Of a stretch of DNA of 64,000 bases, positions 16,671-25,578 are shown one piece after another (within the stretch, counting starts at the first letter, position 1; each line of letters opens with the position of its first letter). The notes beneath the pieces were generated by a model, which worked only from the letters and a program-made list of their open reading frames with translations, had not been told where the DNA came from and made no database searches. This DNA is from an uncultured Clostridia bacterium (GTDB lineage: Bacteria; Bacillota; Clostridia; Oscillospirales; Acutalibacteraceae), in contig CALCHE010000228.1 in assembly GCA_937901145.1 (NCBI GenBank), positions 11,709 to 75,708 of the forward strand, written 5' to 3'. Both the position numbers and the translations under genes were made by a program.

Positions 16671-18221
16671 ATGATTATGCGAGGGGAATACATAATCGAA
16701 ATGATAGGAATAACCAAAGAGTTTCCCGGTATTATTGCAAACGATAATATAACTCTTCAGCTGAAAAAAGGAGAAATTCACGCTCTTTTAGGGGAAAACG
16801 GTGCAGGAAAAAGTACTCTTATGTCTGTGCTTTTCGGTCTTTATCAGCCTGAAAAGGGCATCATAAAAAAGAACGGTCAGCCTGTGAAAATTTATGGCCC
16901 GAATGATGCCACTGCTCTCGGAATAGGTATGGTGCATCAGCATTTCAAGCTGGTGGATGTGTTCACCGTTCTGGACAATATAATTCTCGGTACAGAGACA
17001 GTGAGACTCGGATTTATTCAGAGACAGGCTGTCAAAAGTAAAGTGAAGGAATTAAGTGAAAAATATTCTCTCAGAATAGATCCTGATAAAAAAATCGAAG
17101 AGATCAGCGTAGGTATGCAGCAGAGAGTCGAAATACTTAAAATGCTTTACAGGGATAATGAAATTCTGATCTTTGATGAGCCTACAGCCGTTCTGACGCC
17201 TCAGGAAACTGCGGAACTGATGAAAATAATGAAAGCCTTTGCAGCGGAAGGAAAATCTATTCTGTTTATCACTCACAAGCTGAGCGAAATTATGGCTGTT
17301 TCAGACAGGGTCAGTGTTATAAGGAAGGGTAAATATATCGGTACTGTCGAAACTAAGGATACTACCAAAGAGGAGCTGTCGCAGATGATGGTAGGACGTC
17401 CCGTAGAGCTTTCTGTAAAGAAAGAAAAAGCTCAGCCAAAGCAGACGATTCTGAAGGTTGAAAAACTTTCTGTCGGTGGCAAGGATAGTAAAAAATCTGC
17501 TGTAAATAATGTCTCCTTTGAGGTTAAAAGCGGAGAAATAGTAGCCATAGCAGGTGTGGACGGAAACGGACAGTCGGAACTGATAAGAGCGATAACAGGA
17601 CTTGAACGGATAAATTCCGGTAAGGTATTTATCTGCGGTGAGGATATTACAGAATATTCTGTCCGTGAAAGGCTTCAGGCGGGTATCAGTCATATTCCTG
17701 AGGACAGGCATAAACACGGATTGGTTCTGGACTTTTCCCTGGAAAACAACTGCGTCCTGCAGCGATATTTCGAGGATGAATTTCAGCAAAAGGGTTTTAT
17801 CAGAAATTCAGCCGTCAGAAAATATACCGAAAGGCTTATTGATGCATTCGATATACGTTCGAATCAGGGTCCGGTGACCCATACGCGCAGTATGTCGGGC
17901 GGTAATCAGCAAAAGGCAGTAATCGCCCGTGAGCTTGACAGAAATCAGCCTCTCATTATAGCTGTTCAGCCTACACGGGGACTTGATGTCGGGGCTATAG
18001 AAAATATTCACAGGGCACTTGTCGAAAAAAGAGACGAGGGAAAGGCTGTATTGCTTGTATCGCTGGAGCTTGACGAGGTTTTGAATGTATCTGACAGAAT
18101 ACTGGTAATTTATGAGGGTGAAATAACAGGGGAGTTTGAACCTGATAAAACAACGGTTTCTGAGCTCGGTTTGTATATGGCAGGTACAAAAAGAAAGGGG
18201 AAGGATGATACCGATGACTAA
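16671..18221 (+). CDS. ABC transporter ATP-binding protein, duplicated ATPase (BMP/nucleoside-sugar importer type)
   Basis: 516 aa with two Walker A/ABC-signature units (GENGAGKST, SVGMQQRVEI; GVDGNGQSEL, MSGGNQQK). The start may be the second ATG at 16677, which has better RBS spacing. Confidence 0.93.
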   Translation: MIMRGEYIIEMIGITKEFPGIIANDNITLQLKKGEIHALLGENGAGKSTLMSVLFGLYQPEKGIIKKNGQPVKIYGPNDATALGIGMVHQHFKLVDVFTVLDNIILGTETVRLGFIQRQAVKSKVKELSEKYSLRIDPDKKIEEISVGMQQRVEILKMLYRDNEILIFDEPTAVLTPQETAELMKIMKAFAAEGKSILFITHKLSEIMAVSDRVSVIRKGKYIGTVETKDTTKEELSQMMVGRPVELSVKKEKAQPKQTILKVEKLSVGGKDSKKSAVNNVSFEVKSGEIVAIAGVDGNGQSELIRAITGLERINSGKVFICGEDITEYSVRERLQAGISHIPEDRHKHGLVLDFSLENNCVLQRYFEDEFQQKGFIRNSAVRKYTERLIDAFDIRSNQGPVTHTRSMSGGNQQKAVIARELDRNQPLIIAVQPTRGLDVGAIENIHRALVEKRDEGKAVLLVSLELDEVLNVSDRILVIYEGEITGEFEPDKTTVSELGLYMAGTKRKGKDDTDD

Positions 18222-19491
18222 AAAAAACGAAGAAAAATCACCGCTTAAAGAAATTTATTCTAAGAACGGAACAAAAACTGCTTTGGCATCTGTTCTTTCC
18301 ATTCTTGCAGGTCTTGCAGTCGGTAGCATACTGATACTTGTTGTTTCTGTATTTAATTCGGATATAGGTCTCAAGGGAGGCATAGAAGGCCTCAAGCTTA
18401 TTCTTTTCGGCCTGTTCAGTAAGGGCAGAGATTCTGTCGGTGAGCTTGTTTTCGGATTCAATCCGATAAACGCAGGCAATCTTCTTTTTAGGGCAACTCC
18501 TGTTATTATGACAGGTCTTTCCGTGGCTGTAGCGTTCAAAACAGGTCTTTTTAATATCGGTGCACCCGGACAGTATCTGGTAGGTACAGCGGCAACTTTG
18601 ATTCTGGCGCTGAAAATACCGTCGGATGTGATACCGCCCTTTGCTATATGGATAATTGCTTTTTCAGGTGGTATGCTGGCTGGCGCGCTGTGGGGTGCAA
18701 TTCCGGGCATTCTTAAAGCATATCTTAGTATAAATGAGGTTTTAGCCTGTATTATGACTAACTGGATAGCGGCAAATGCCGTTACCTGGATTTTTGAAAA
18801 CAGCGAGCTTAGAAACAGCGGTGAGTCAGGTAAAATAGCTTTTATTATGAAGACCTCAGCGAACGGTGTCGCAACCGCCAAATTCGGTCTCGATAAAATT
18901 TTTTCGGGCTCGCAGGTGAACGGCGGCATTTTTATCGCTGTTGCTTTCGCAGTATTTGTTTACATTGTTATTACCAAAACCGTTTTAGGATATGAAATGA
19001 AGGCCTGCGGATATAATAAGGATGCGGCAGAATATGCAGGCATAAAAAGCCGTCGTATGATAGTTTTTTCTATGGCATTTGCAGGTGCGCTCTCAGGTGG
19101 AGGTGCCGCACTTTATTATCTTTCAGGTAATACTGAATTCTTTTGGTCGACCTATCAGTCCCTGCCCACAGAAGGCTTTAACGGTATACCCATAGCACTT
19201 TTAGCCAGTAATAATCCTATCGGTGTTATTTTTACGGGTCTGTTTATGTCTGTTCTTTCCGTAGCGGGACAGCAGCTTAAAAATCTCACACCATACAATG
19301 AATATATTACAAATATCATAATAGGTATAATAGTTTATCTCAGCGCATTTTCATTGGTTATCAAAAGCTTTATTTCATCAGACAAAAGAATTTTTAAACG
19401 GAAAACTACCACCGCTGATGAAAACACACATTCAGATGAAGAAATTATTTCTCAGGCGCAGAGACAGTCTGAAGAAGGGGGAGAAGCATAA
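18214..19491 (+). CDS. ABC transporter permease (BMP-type importer)
   Basis: Start reset to ATG 18214 (MTKKNEEK), overlapping the ATPase stop (ATGACTAA) after GGGGAAGG. The track start at 18136 lies deep inside the ATPase gene. Multi-pass membrane protein. Confidence 0.88.
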   Translation: MTKKNEEKSPLKEIYSKNGTKTALASVLSILAGLAVGSILILVVSVFNSDIGLKGGIEGLKLILFGLFSKGRDSVGELVFGFNPINAGNLLFRATPVIMTGLSVAVAFKTGLFNIGAPGQYLVGTAATLILALKIPSDVIPPFAIWIIAFSGGMLAGALWGAIPGILKAYLSINEVLACIMTNWIAANAVTWIFENSELRNSGESGKIAFIMKTSANGVATAKFGLDKIFSGSQVNGGIFIAVAFAVFVYIVITKTVLGYEMKACGYNKDAAEYAGIKSRRMIVFSMAFAGALSGGGAALYYLSGNTEFFWSTYQSLPTEGFNGIPIALLASNNPIGVIFTGLFMSVLSVAGQQLKNLTPYNEYITNIIIGIIVYLSAFSLVIKSFISSDKRIFKRKTTTADENTHSDEEIISQAQRQSEEGGEA

Positions 19492-20501
19492 TGGAATTTC
19501 TTGTTCAGCAGACGCTTACCTATGCCACTCCTCTTCTTATTGTGGCACTTGCAGGAGTTTTCGCTGAAAGAAGCGGCATAGTAAACCTTGCACTTGAGGG
19601 TATAATGATTTTCGGTGCTTTTTCTGGTGTTCTGTTTATACGGATAATGCAGGATACCGATACCTTTAATAAGGAACAGGCTTTAGCTCTTGAGCTTCTG
19701 ACTATGCTCGTGTGCGCAGTGGCAGGGGCTTTGTTCTCGTTGCTTTTGTCTTATGCGGCGATAAATCTGCGTGCCAATCAGACAGTTTCAGGCACAGCAC
19801 TTAATATGCTTGCACCGGGACTTGTTCTTTTCCTCACTAATGTTCTGGTTAATCAGAATGTACTGACTATGTCTGAGGGTGATTCGGCAAGCTGGTTTAT
19901 GCTTAAAAGAAGTGACTTCGGATTTACGAAAACAGAGGATCTTAATTTTTTCGAGAGCACTTTTTTAGTAAAAAATTATCTTTCTGCTTACATTTGTATT
20001 GGACTTTTCATAGTACTTTCTGTTATAATGTATAAAACAAGATTCGGACTCAGGCTTCGGGCTTGCGGTGAAAATCCCCAGGCGGCAGATTCTGTGGGTA
20101 TAAATGTAGCTAAAATGCGCTATGCGGGCACCACAATTTCCGGTGCTTTAGCGGGCATCGGTGGCTTTGTTTTCGCCCTCACTACGGCAAACTGTTCTTC
20201 TACAGGGGATGTAGCGGGCTTCGGATTTCTCGCACTCGCAGTAATGATATTCGGCAACTGGAATCCGTGGACTATAGCTGCTGCTTCCTTTGTTTTTGGA
20301 CTTTTTAAGTGTATAGCCGCGGCATACTCTACCATAGATATTAACGGTGACGGTGTTTATGCTCTTGCTGAAATCGGAGTCAGTACTAATTTTTACCGTA
20401 TGCTGCCCTATATAATAACTCTTGTGGTACTTGCCTTTACCTCGAAAAGCTCGAGAGCGCCGAAGGCATCAGGTATACCCTATGACAAATCAGTAAGATA
20501 A
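19491..20501 (+). CDS. ABC transporter permease (second subunit)
   Basis: 336 aa, multi-pass. ATG overlaps the previous stop (TAATG). Confidence 0.9.
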   Translation: MEFLVQQTLTYATPLLIVALAGVFAERSGIVNLALEGIMIFGAFSGVLFIRIMQDTDTFNKEQALALELLTMLVCAVAGALFSLLLSYAAINLRANQTVSGTALNMLAPGLVLFLTNVLVNQNVLTMSEGDSASWFMLKRSDFGFTKTEDLNFFESTFLVKNYLSAYICIGLFIVLSVIMYKTRFGLRLRACGENPQAADSVGINVAKMRYAGTTISGALAGIGGFVFALTTANCSSTGDVAGFGFLALAVMIFGNWNPWTIAAASFVFGLFKCIAAAYSTIDINGDGVYALAEIGVSTNFYRMLPYIITLVVLAFTSKSSRAPKASGIPYDKSVR

Positions 20502-20531
20502 AATCCATTAAAAATGGAAAGGAAGATAAAT

Positions 20532-21833
20532 ATGAGAATTTACGACATTATTTCCCGTAAAAGAGACGGATTCGAACTGACCGATGAAGAGATTCATTTT
20601 TTCATTGACGGCTATGTGAAGGGAGAAATACAGGATTATCATGCCTCGGCACTGCTGATGGCTATTTATCTTAAGGGAATGAGTGACAGAGAGATGGTTA
20701 CGCTTACTCTTGAAATGGCTAAATCGGGGGATATGCTTGATCTGAGTGCTATCGACGGAGTTACTGCAGATAAGCATTCTACGGGAGGCGTCGGGGACAA
20801 GACAACCCTGATAGTTACTCCTATAGTGGCCTCTCTCGGTGCTAAGGTAGCCAAAATGAGCGGTAGAGGACTCGGTCACACGGGCGGTACTGTAGATAAA
20901 CTTGAATCAATCGAGGGCTTTGATGTGGCTCTTAGTCCCGAAAGGTTCATCGAAACGGTGAAAAAGACCGGTATCTGTGTGGTAGGACAGACGGGAAATC
21001 TCGCTCCGGCTGATAAAAAGCTTTACGCGCTTCGTGATGCTACGGCTACTGTAGGATGTATGCCTCTTATTGCTTCGAGCATAATGAGTAAAAAGCTTGC
21101 CGCCGGTTCACAGTGCATCGTTCTCGATGTTAAATACGGTAGCGGAGCATTTATGAAGACAACAGACGATGCCGAGGAGCTTTCAACGAAAATGGTGGAA
21201 ATCGGCAAAATGGCCGGCAGAAAAATGGCTGCTGTCATTTCGGATATGGACACACCTCTCGGAAAAAATATCGGTAATACTCTCGAAATCATCGAAGCTG
21301 TCGAGACACTGAAAGGTAAGGGCAGTGAGGACCTTCGTGAAGTCAGCCTCACACTCGCTTCTGAGCTTATATCTCTCGTAAAGGGTATTGACTATCATGA
21401 AGCAAGGCAGTTATGTGAAAAGGCACTCGATGATGGCTCGGCCTATGAAAAATTCCTCGAATTTATCTCGGCTCAGGGCGGTAATACAGAGCAGATAATC
21501 GACACAGATAATCTTCCGAAAGCCAAGATAATTCATAATGTTATCGCAAAAGAAAACGGTTATATCTCAAAGACTGATGCTGAAAAAATCGGCTCTGCAA
21601 GTGTAGTTTTAGGTGCGGGCAGAGTCAATAAGGAAGACAGTATAGATTATACTGCGGGAATTATCCTTCATAAAAAAACAGGGGATAGAATCAAAGCGGG
21701 GGATGTAATCGCTGAATTCCATACAAATGATGAAAAACTGATTGCACCTGCTGAAAAGGTGTTTTTCGATGCTCTTACTGTTTCGGAAAGTAAGCCTGTA
21801 GAGTCTGAATTGATTTATAAGGTTATCAGATAA
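20532..21833 (+). CDS. pdp: Pyrimidine-nucleoside (thymidine) phosphorylase
   Basis: MRIYDIISRKRDG..., DKHSTGGVGDKTTL and SGRGLGHTGGTVDKLE motifs. Start moved to the ATG after GGAAAGGAAG. Confidence 0.95.
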   Translation: MRIYDIISRKRDGFELTDEEIHFFIDGYVKGEIQDYHASALLMAIYLKGMSDREMVTLTLEMAKSGDMLDLSAIDGVTADKHSTGGVGDKTTLIVTPIVASLGAKVAKMSGRGLGHTGGTVDKLESIEGFDVALSPERFIETVKKTGICVVGQTGNLAPADKKLYALRDATATVGCMPLIASSIMSKKLAAGSQCIVLDVKYGSGAFMKTTDDAEELSTKMVEIGKMAGRKMAAVISDMDTPLGKNIGNTLEIIEAVETLKGKGSEDLREVSLTLASELISLVKGIDYHEARQLCEKALDDGSAYEKFLEFISAQGGNTEQIIDTDNLPKAKIIHNVIAKENGYISKTDAEKIGSASVVLGAGRVNKEDSIDYTAGIILHKKTGDRIKAGDVIAEFHTNDEKLIAPAEKVFFDALTVSESKPVESELIYKVIR

Positions 21834-21929
21834 ACGAACGCATCACGGTTCATTTATGAATCGTGTTGCTTTTTCGTCAGTGGTTATTTAAAGAATATTC
21901 TTCTTAAATGTAATTCGTTTCGTTAAATC

Positions 21930-22154
21930 TTAAATAATGCTTCTGAAGCTTATATATACGGGATTGCTGTAATCGAGTATTTTACTGTAGAATTTATCGG
22001 GATTAGGGAATCTGAAAGTGCTCCTGCAGAGTCCTGAAAAAAGCAGAGTTAATACCGCCGTACCTACCATCAGAAGCCAATCGAATTTAGTGATGATTCC
22101 GATAACGACCATTAAAGTAAGAAATCCTGTAATAATACATCCGAGAACAGTCAA
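21930..22154 (-). CDS. Small two-TM membrane protein, probably frameshifted (see findings)
   Basis: The 74-aa ORF opens only with TTG and has no RBS. A good RBS plus ATG at 22213 is in a different frame and is separated from this ORF by an A7 run (22187-22193). Confidence 0.4.
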   Translation of the reverse strand: MTVLGCIITGFLTLMVVIGIITKFDWLLMVGTAVLTLLFSGLCRSTFRFPNPDKFYSKILDYSNPVYISFRSII

Positions 22155-22403
22155 AAGGATGATAAAGAGTAGAAGTAAAGGCTTTGTTTTTTTATCATTA
22201 AAAAGAAATTCATTATTTGCTACTCCCTTTGACGTAAAAATACGAAAAATAAGCTGACTATACTATTATTAAATCTTCCTGTGTGGAATTGTTGGTTTCT
22301 GCTTTTATATAGACACCTCTTTTTTTATACAGCTACACAAAAAATGTCAATCATAAATAGAGAACACCCGAATATTTCAATTCAGGTGTCCGAGATATAT
22401 TTT

Positions 22404-23381
22404 TTACGCCGTAAAATCATCGATATTTTTCAACGTTTCCAGGTAAACCGTTTGTTTTTTTGTCCAGGAATGAATGATTTCAGGGTTTTCAAAAATTTCA
22501 TCCAACTTCTTTGTGAAGGGGACTATGTCGCCGAAATCAAGGGCTCTGTGGTCAAAGGCAATGCAGATGGGAAGCACCTTACCGGGAACTACTTCATCCT
22601 TTCCGTGACTGTTCTGCTTTACGACAGGCTTTTTCTGAACGGCACCGATGCCGATAGCGCATACCTGAGGAGGAATGATCTCTAAAAGTCCCACAGCACC
22701 TCTCTGGCCGAGGTCAAGGGAGCCGATGTTTGAAATGGTAATGGTGCCTTGCTCTATATCCTTGTCGCCGAGTCTTTCCGTTTCGGGTATGGCATGATAA
22801 TCTCTTTTTGCCTTGCCTTTGAGTGTTTTTACTTTGTGTTTACCTGTTTTCGCACCGATGATACGAAGGAAAGCTTCGATTAGTCTGCCTTCCTTTATGG
22901 TGTTGAGAGTTCTGTTAAAGGAAACACTGTAAAGCGCCTCTGTAAGATCCGACTGTTCCGCTCTTCTGCGAAGGTCCTTTATGTAGGCTGTCATTTCGTC
23001 AAGGTCCTTTTTATCGAAATCACGGCAGTTGGTGGTCATCATCTCGCCCGAGGGCAAAATGGTTGCCATTGAAATATTGATATTTTCATAGGTTTTTACT
23101 GTGCCTCTTACCAAAGCGGAATTGTATTCTATATGCGAATTCATAACGGGCGCTGCTTTTATACCCTCTGTGATAGCTTTTACCATCAGAGTGTTAAATG
23201 TAATTTTTTCGTCCGGACTTCTGCCGAAATTAATCTTTTTATATTCATCAAAGAAACGGCTGACTTCGGGCTCATAAATAAAAGTAACGTGGGGTATAGT
23301 TTTCCAGGATTCTTCAGTCATTGCAGCTACCATTTTTCTCTGTATCCCGAAATGCTCTTCCTTTATAAGTCTTTTGTTCAT
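22404..23381 (-). CDS. Stand-alone 2-oxoacid dehydrogenase E2-type catalytic (acyltransferase) domain protein
   Basis: 325 aa. CIAFDHRALDFGD matches the DHRxxDG active-site motif. No lipoyl or E3-binding domains in the ORF. Confidence 0.8.
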   Translation of the reverse strand: MNKRLIKEEHFGIQRKMVAAMTEESWKTIPHVTFIYEPEVSRFFDEYKKINFGRSPDEKITFNTLMVKAITEGIKAAPVMNSHIEYNSALVRGTVKTYENINISMATILPSGEMMTTNCRDFDKKDLDEMTAYIKDLRRRAEQSDLTEALYSVSFNRTLNTIKEGRLIEAFLRIIGAKTGKHKVKTLKGKAKRDYHAIPETERLGDKDIEQGTITISNIGSLDLGQRGAVGLLEIIPPQVCAIGIGAVQKKPVVKQNSHGKDEVVPGKVLPICIAFDHRALDFGDIVPFTKKLDEIFENPEIIHSWTKKQTVYLETLKNIDDFTA

Positions 23382-23632
23382 TATTTTACCTCTTTTCTTT
23401 TAACTTTAAACTGATAAATGATTTCCATGAGTTTATTAATTTTGAACATATTCTACAGTGTTCTTTTTAGCATAACGCTGTGAAAGTGTTAACAAAATGT
23501 AAACAATATAAATTAATGTTGAATAACAGCGTAACATTTTGGTAATAATCAAAATCTTATATGCTGTAAATAATGAAAATTTTCCCTTACGTTTAAAGCA
23601 AAGGGAGGCTGATCTTTTCAGCCTCCTGGTTT

Positions 23633-24835
23633 TTATATAATATCCAGATTTACATTGGGAAAGTTTTCATTTTTAAGTCCTTTTTCATAATCTCTGTCAA
23701 CTTTAATTTCTCCGTCTTTCATTTTCTCGAAAAGTTCTTCATATTCTTCCACGGTGAAATTCTCCATCCTCCATGTGTCTGTAGGCAATGAAACTGCATC
23801 ATCCTTGGCACCGAGTGTGGTTTGGACACCACCTATATCTTCCCAGGAGTCTGAATAAACCTTTTCCAGAACATATTCTACGGACTCTCTTATTCCCTTG
23901 GTTGCAGATGTGATAACTGTATCTGATTCGCCTGACTGATCAATGTCTACTCCGATTACCGCACCTTCGTTAGCTGATGCTGCCGCAAATACTGACTGGC
24001 ACATAGCACCTCCGCATACAAAGACTACCTGTGTGCCTTTGGAATACCAACCGTTAATCATAGTCTGAAGCTCTGCTGAAGCGCTGAAGGATGAACCGTA
24101 TTCCCAGCTGAATTTCATATCAACGGTGATATCCTTTTCCTTGGCGGCGTCCTGCGCTCCCTGAACATAACCGTAACCGAATCGACAGCAGGCACCGTTT
24201 GTACCTCCGCCACCACCGCTGAAGCCTAATTGAGTGTAACCTTCTTTTACTGCAGCATATCCGGCAAGATAACCCGACTGCTCCTCGTTGTAATCGATAG
24301 AAGCAACATTTTTCAGAGGTGTACCGTCTTTATTTTTGAGAACCCAACCGTCTATAAAAATAAATTTCGTATCGGGTAATTCTCTTGCAGCTCTTTCCAA
24401 GGCAGTGCCCTGTAAAAATCCGGCGCAGACCACTATTTCAGCACCTGCATCTGCAGCGGCCTTCATAGCGTCGTATCTGTCTTCGTCTGTTACGCTGTCA
24501 CCGCCTGCCGGCTGATAATATTTGTATGATTTACCGTTTTCGTAGGCGTAGCGTTTGAGACCTTCCCACGTTCCCTGATTAAAGGACTTGTCCTTCAGTT
24601 GTCCCAGGTCGGTAACAAAGGCTATTTCATATTTTCCGTCTGATGAGTTCATTGTGTCGCTGATGGAATCATAATCGAACTCTTTTTCAGCTGTTTTCGT
24701 AGTTTCTGTTTCTGAAGTGGTAGAGATAGCCGATGTAGTTCTGTTTGTGGTAGAGTCAGGCGTTTTGTTTCCTCCGCAGGCAGTGAGCGTAAATAAAAGC
24801 ACTGCTGTCACCGTGATAGCAATAATTTTTTTCAT
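23633..24835 (-). CDS. BMP-family ABC transporter substrate-binding lipoprotein (nucleoside-binding type)
   Basis: Lipobox LFTLTAC-GG, Thr/Ser-rich linker, PnrA/Med-like body. Terminator GGAGGCTGA-N5-TCAGCCTCC downstream (23605-23627). Confidence 0.9.
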   Translation of the reverse strand: MKKIIAITVTAVLLFTLTACGGNKTPDSTTNRTTSAISTTSETETTKTAEKEFDYDSISDTMNSSDGKYEIAFVTDLGQLKDKSFNQGTWEGLKRYAYENGKSYKYYQPAGGDSVTDEDRYDAMKAAADAGAEIVVCAGFLQGTALERAARELPDTKFIFIDGWVLKNKDGTPLKNVASIDYNEEQSGYLAGYAAVKEGYTQLGFSGGGGGTNGACCRFGYGYVQGAQDAAKEKDITVDMKFSWEYGSSFSASAELQTMINGWYSKGTQVVFVCGGAMCQSVFAAASANEGAVIGVDIDQSGESDTVITSATKGIRESVEYVLEKVYSDSWEDIGGVQTTLGAKDDAVSLPTDTWRMENFTVEEYEELFEKMKDGEIKVDRDYEKGLKNENFPNVNLDII

Positions 24836-24908
24836 AAATAAAAATCCTCCTTTGAATACTTATAGTATTATCTTCAAAGGAGGATTTTATATCATATTAT
24901 AAAAGTTT

Positions 24909-25577
24909 TTATTCTAAAGACCAGTCTATGGGCTCTAGTCCTGCTTCTGCAAGTAACTCGTTACATTTCGAAAAATGCTTACAACCGAAAAATCCGCCGT
25001 AGGCTGAAAGTGGACTGGGATGAACACTTATAAGCTTTTTATGTATGGGGTTTGTTATTTTTTCACACTTTTTACGTGCGTTTGCTCCCCACAGAATGAA
25101 CACTACGGGTGTGTCCTTTTCATTGAGCTTTTCTATTACTACATCAGTAAACTGTTCCCATCCTTTGTCTTTATGGCTGTTTGCATTTGCTCTTCTGACT
25201 GTAAGAACATTATTAAGCATCAGTACACCGCTTTTTGCCCATTTTTCGAGATATCCGTTCTTTGCAGGCGGAATACCAAGGTCGGATTCAAGCTCTTTAT
25301 AGATATTTTTCAGAGAAGGCGGCAAAGGTACACCGGGTTTTACAGAAAAGCACAGTCCGTGAGCCTGGCCGGGCTCGTGATAAGGATCCTGACCGATAAT
25401 TACTGCTTTGCAGTCGGCGAAAGAAGTATACTTGAGAGCATTAAAAATGTCGTGCATATCAGGATAAATCTGATATGTCGAATATTCCTTTTTCAGAAAC
25501 TGCCTTAGCTGTTTGTAGTAAGGCTTTTCCCATTCATCCTTTAATATTTCGTCCCAATCGTTACCGAGCTTAACCAT
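24909..25577 (-). CDS. ung: Uracil-DNA glycosylase
   Basis: 222 aa. GQDPYH and the HPSPLS C-terminal motif. Confidence 0.96.
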   Translation of the reverse strand: MVKLGNDWDEILKDEWEKPYYKQLRQFLKKEYSTYQIYPDMHDIFNALKYTSFADCKAVIIGQDPYHEPGQAHGLCFSVKPGVPLPPSLKNIYKELESDLGIPPAKNGYLEKWAKSGVLMLNNVLTVRRANANSHKDKGWEQFTDVVIEKLNEKDTPVVFILWGANARKKCEKITNPIHKKLISVHPSPLSAYGGFFGCKHFSKCNELLAEAGLEPIDWSLE

Positions 25578-25578
25578 T

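Noticed and set aside
23440-23545. Imperfect inverted repeat TAACGCTGT...ACAGCGTAA upstream of the E2-like gene, considered as a possible operator.
   Set aside because: The match is only 8 of 9 with a spacer of about 45 nt in very AT-rich DNA. It is too weak to call without comparative data.
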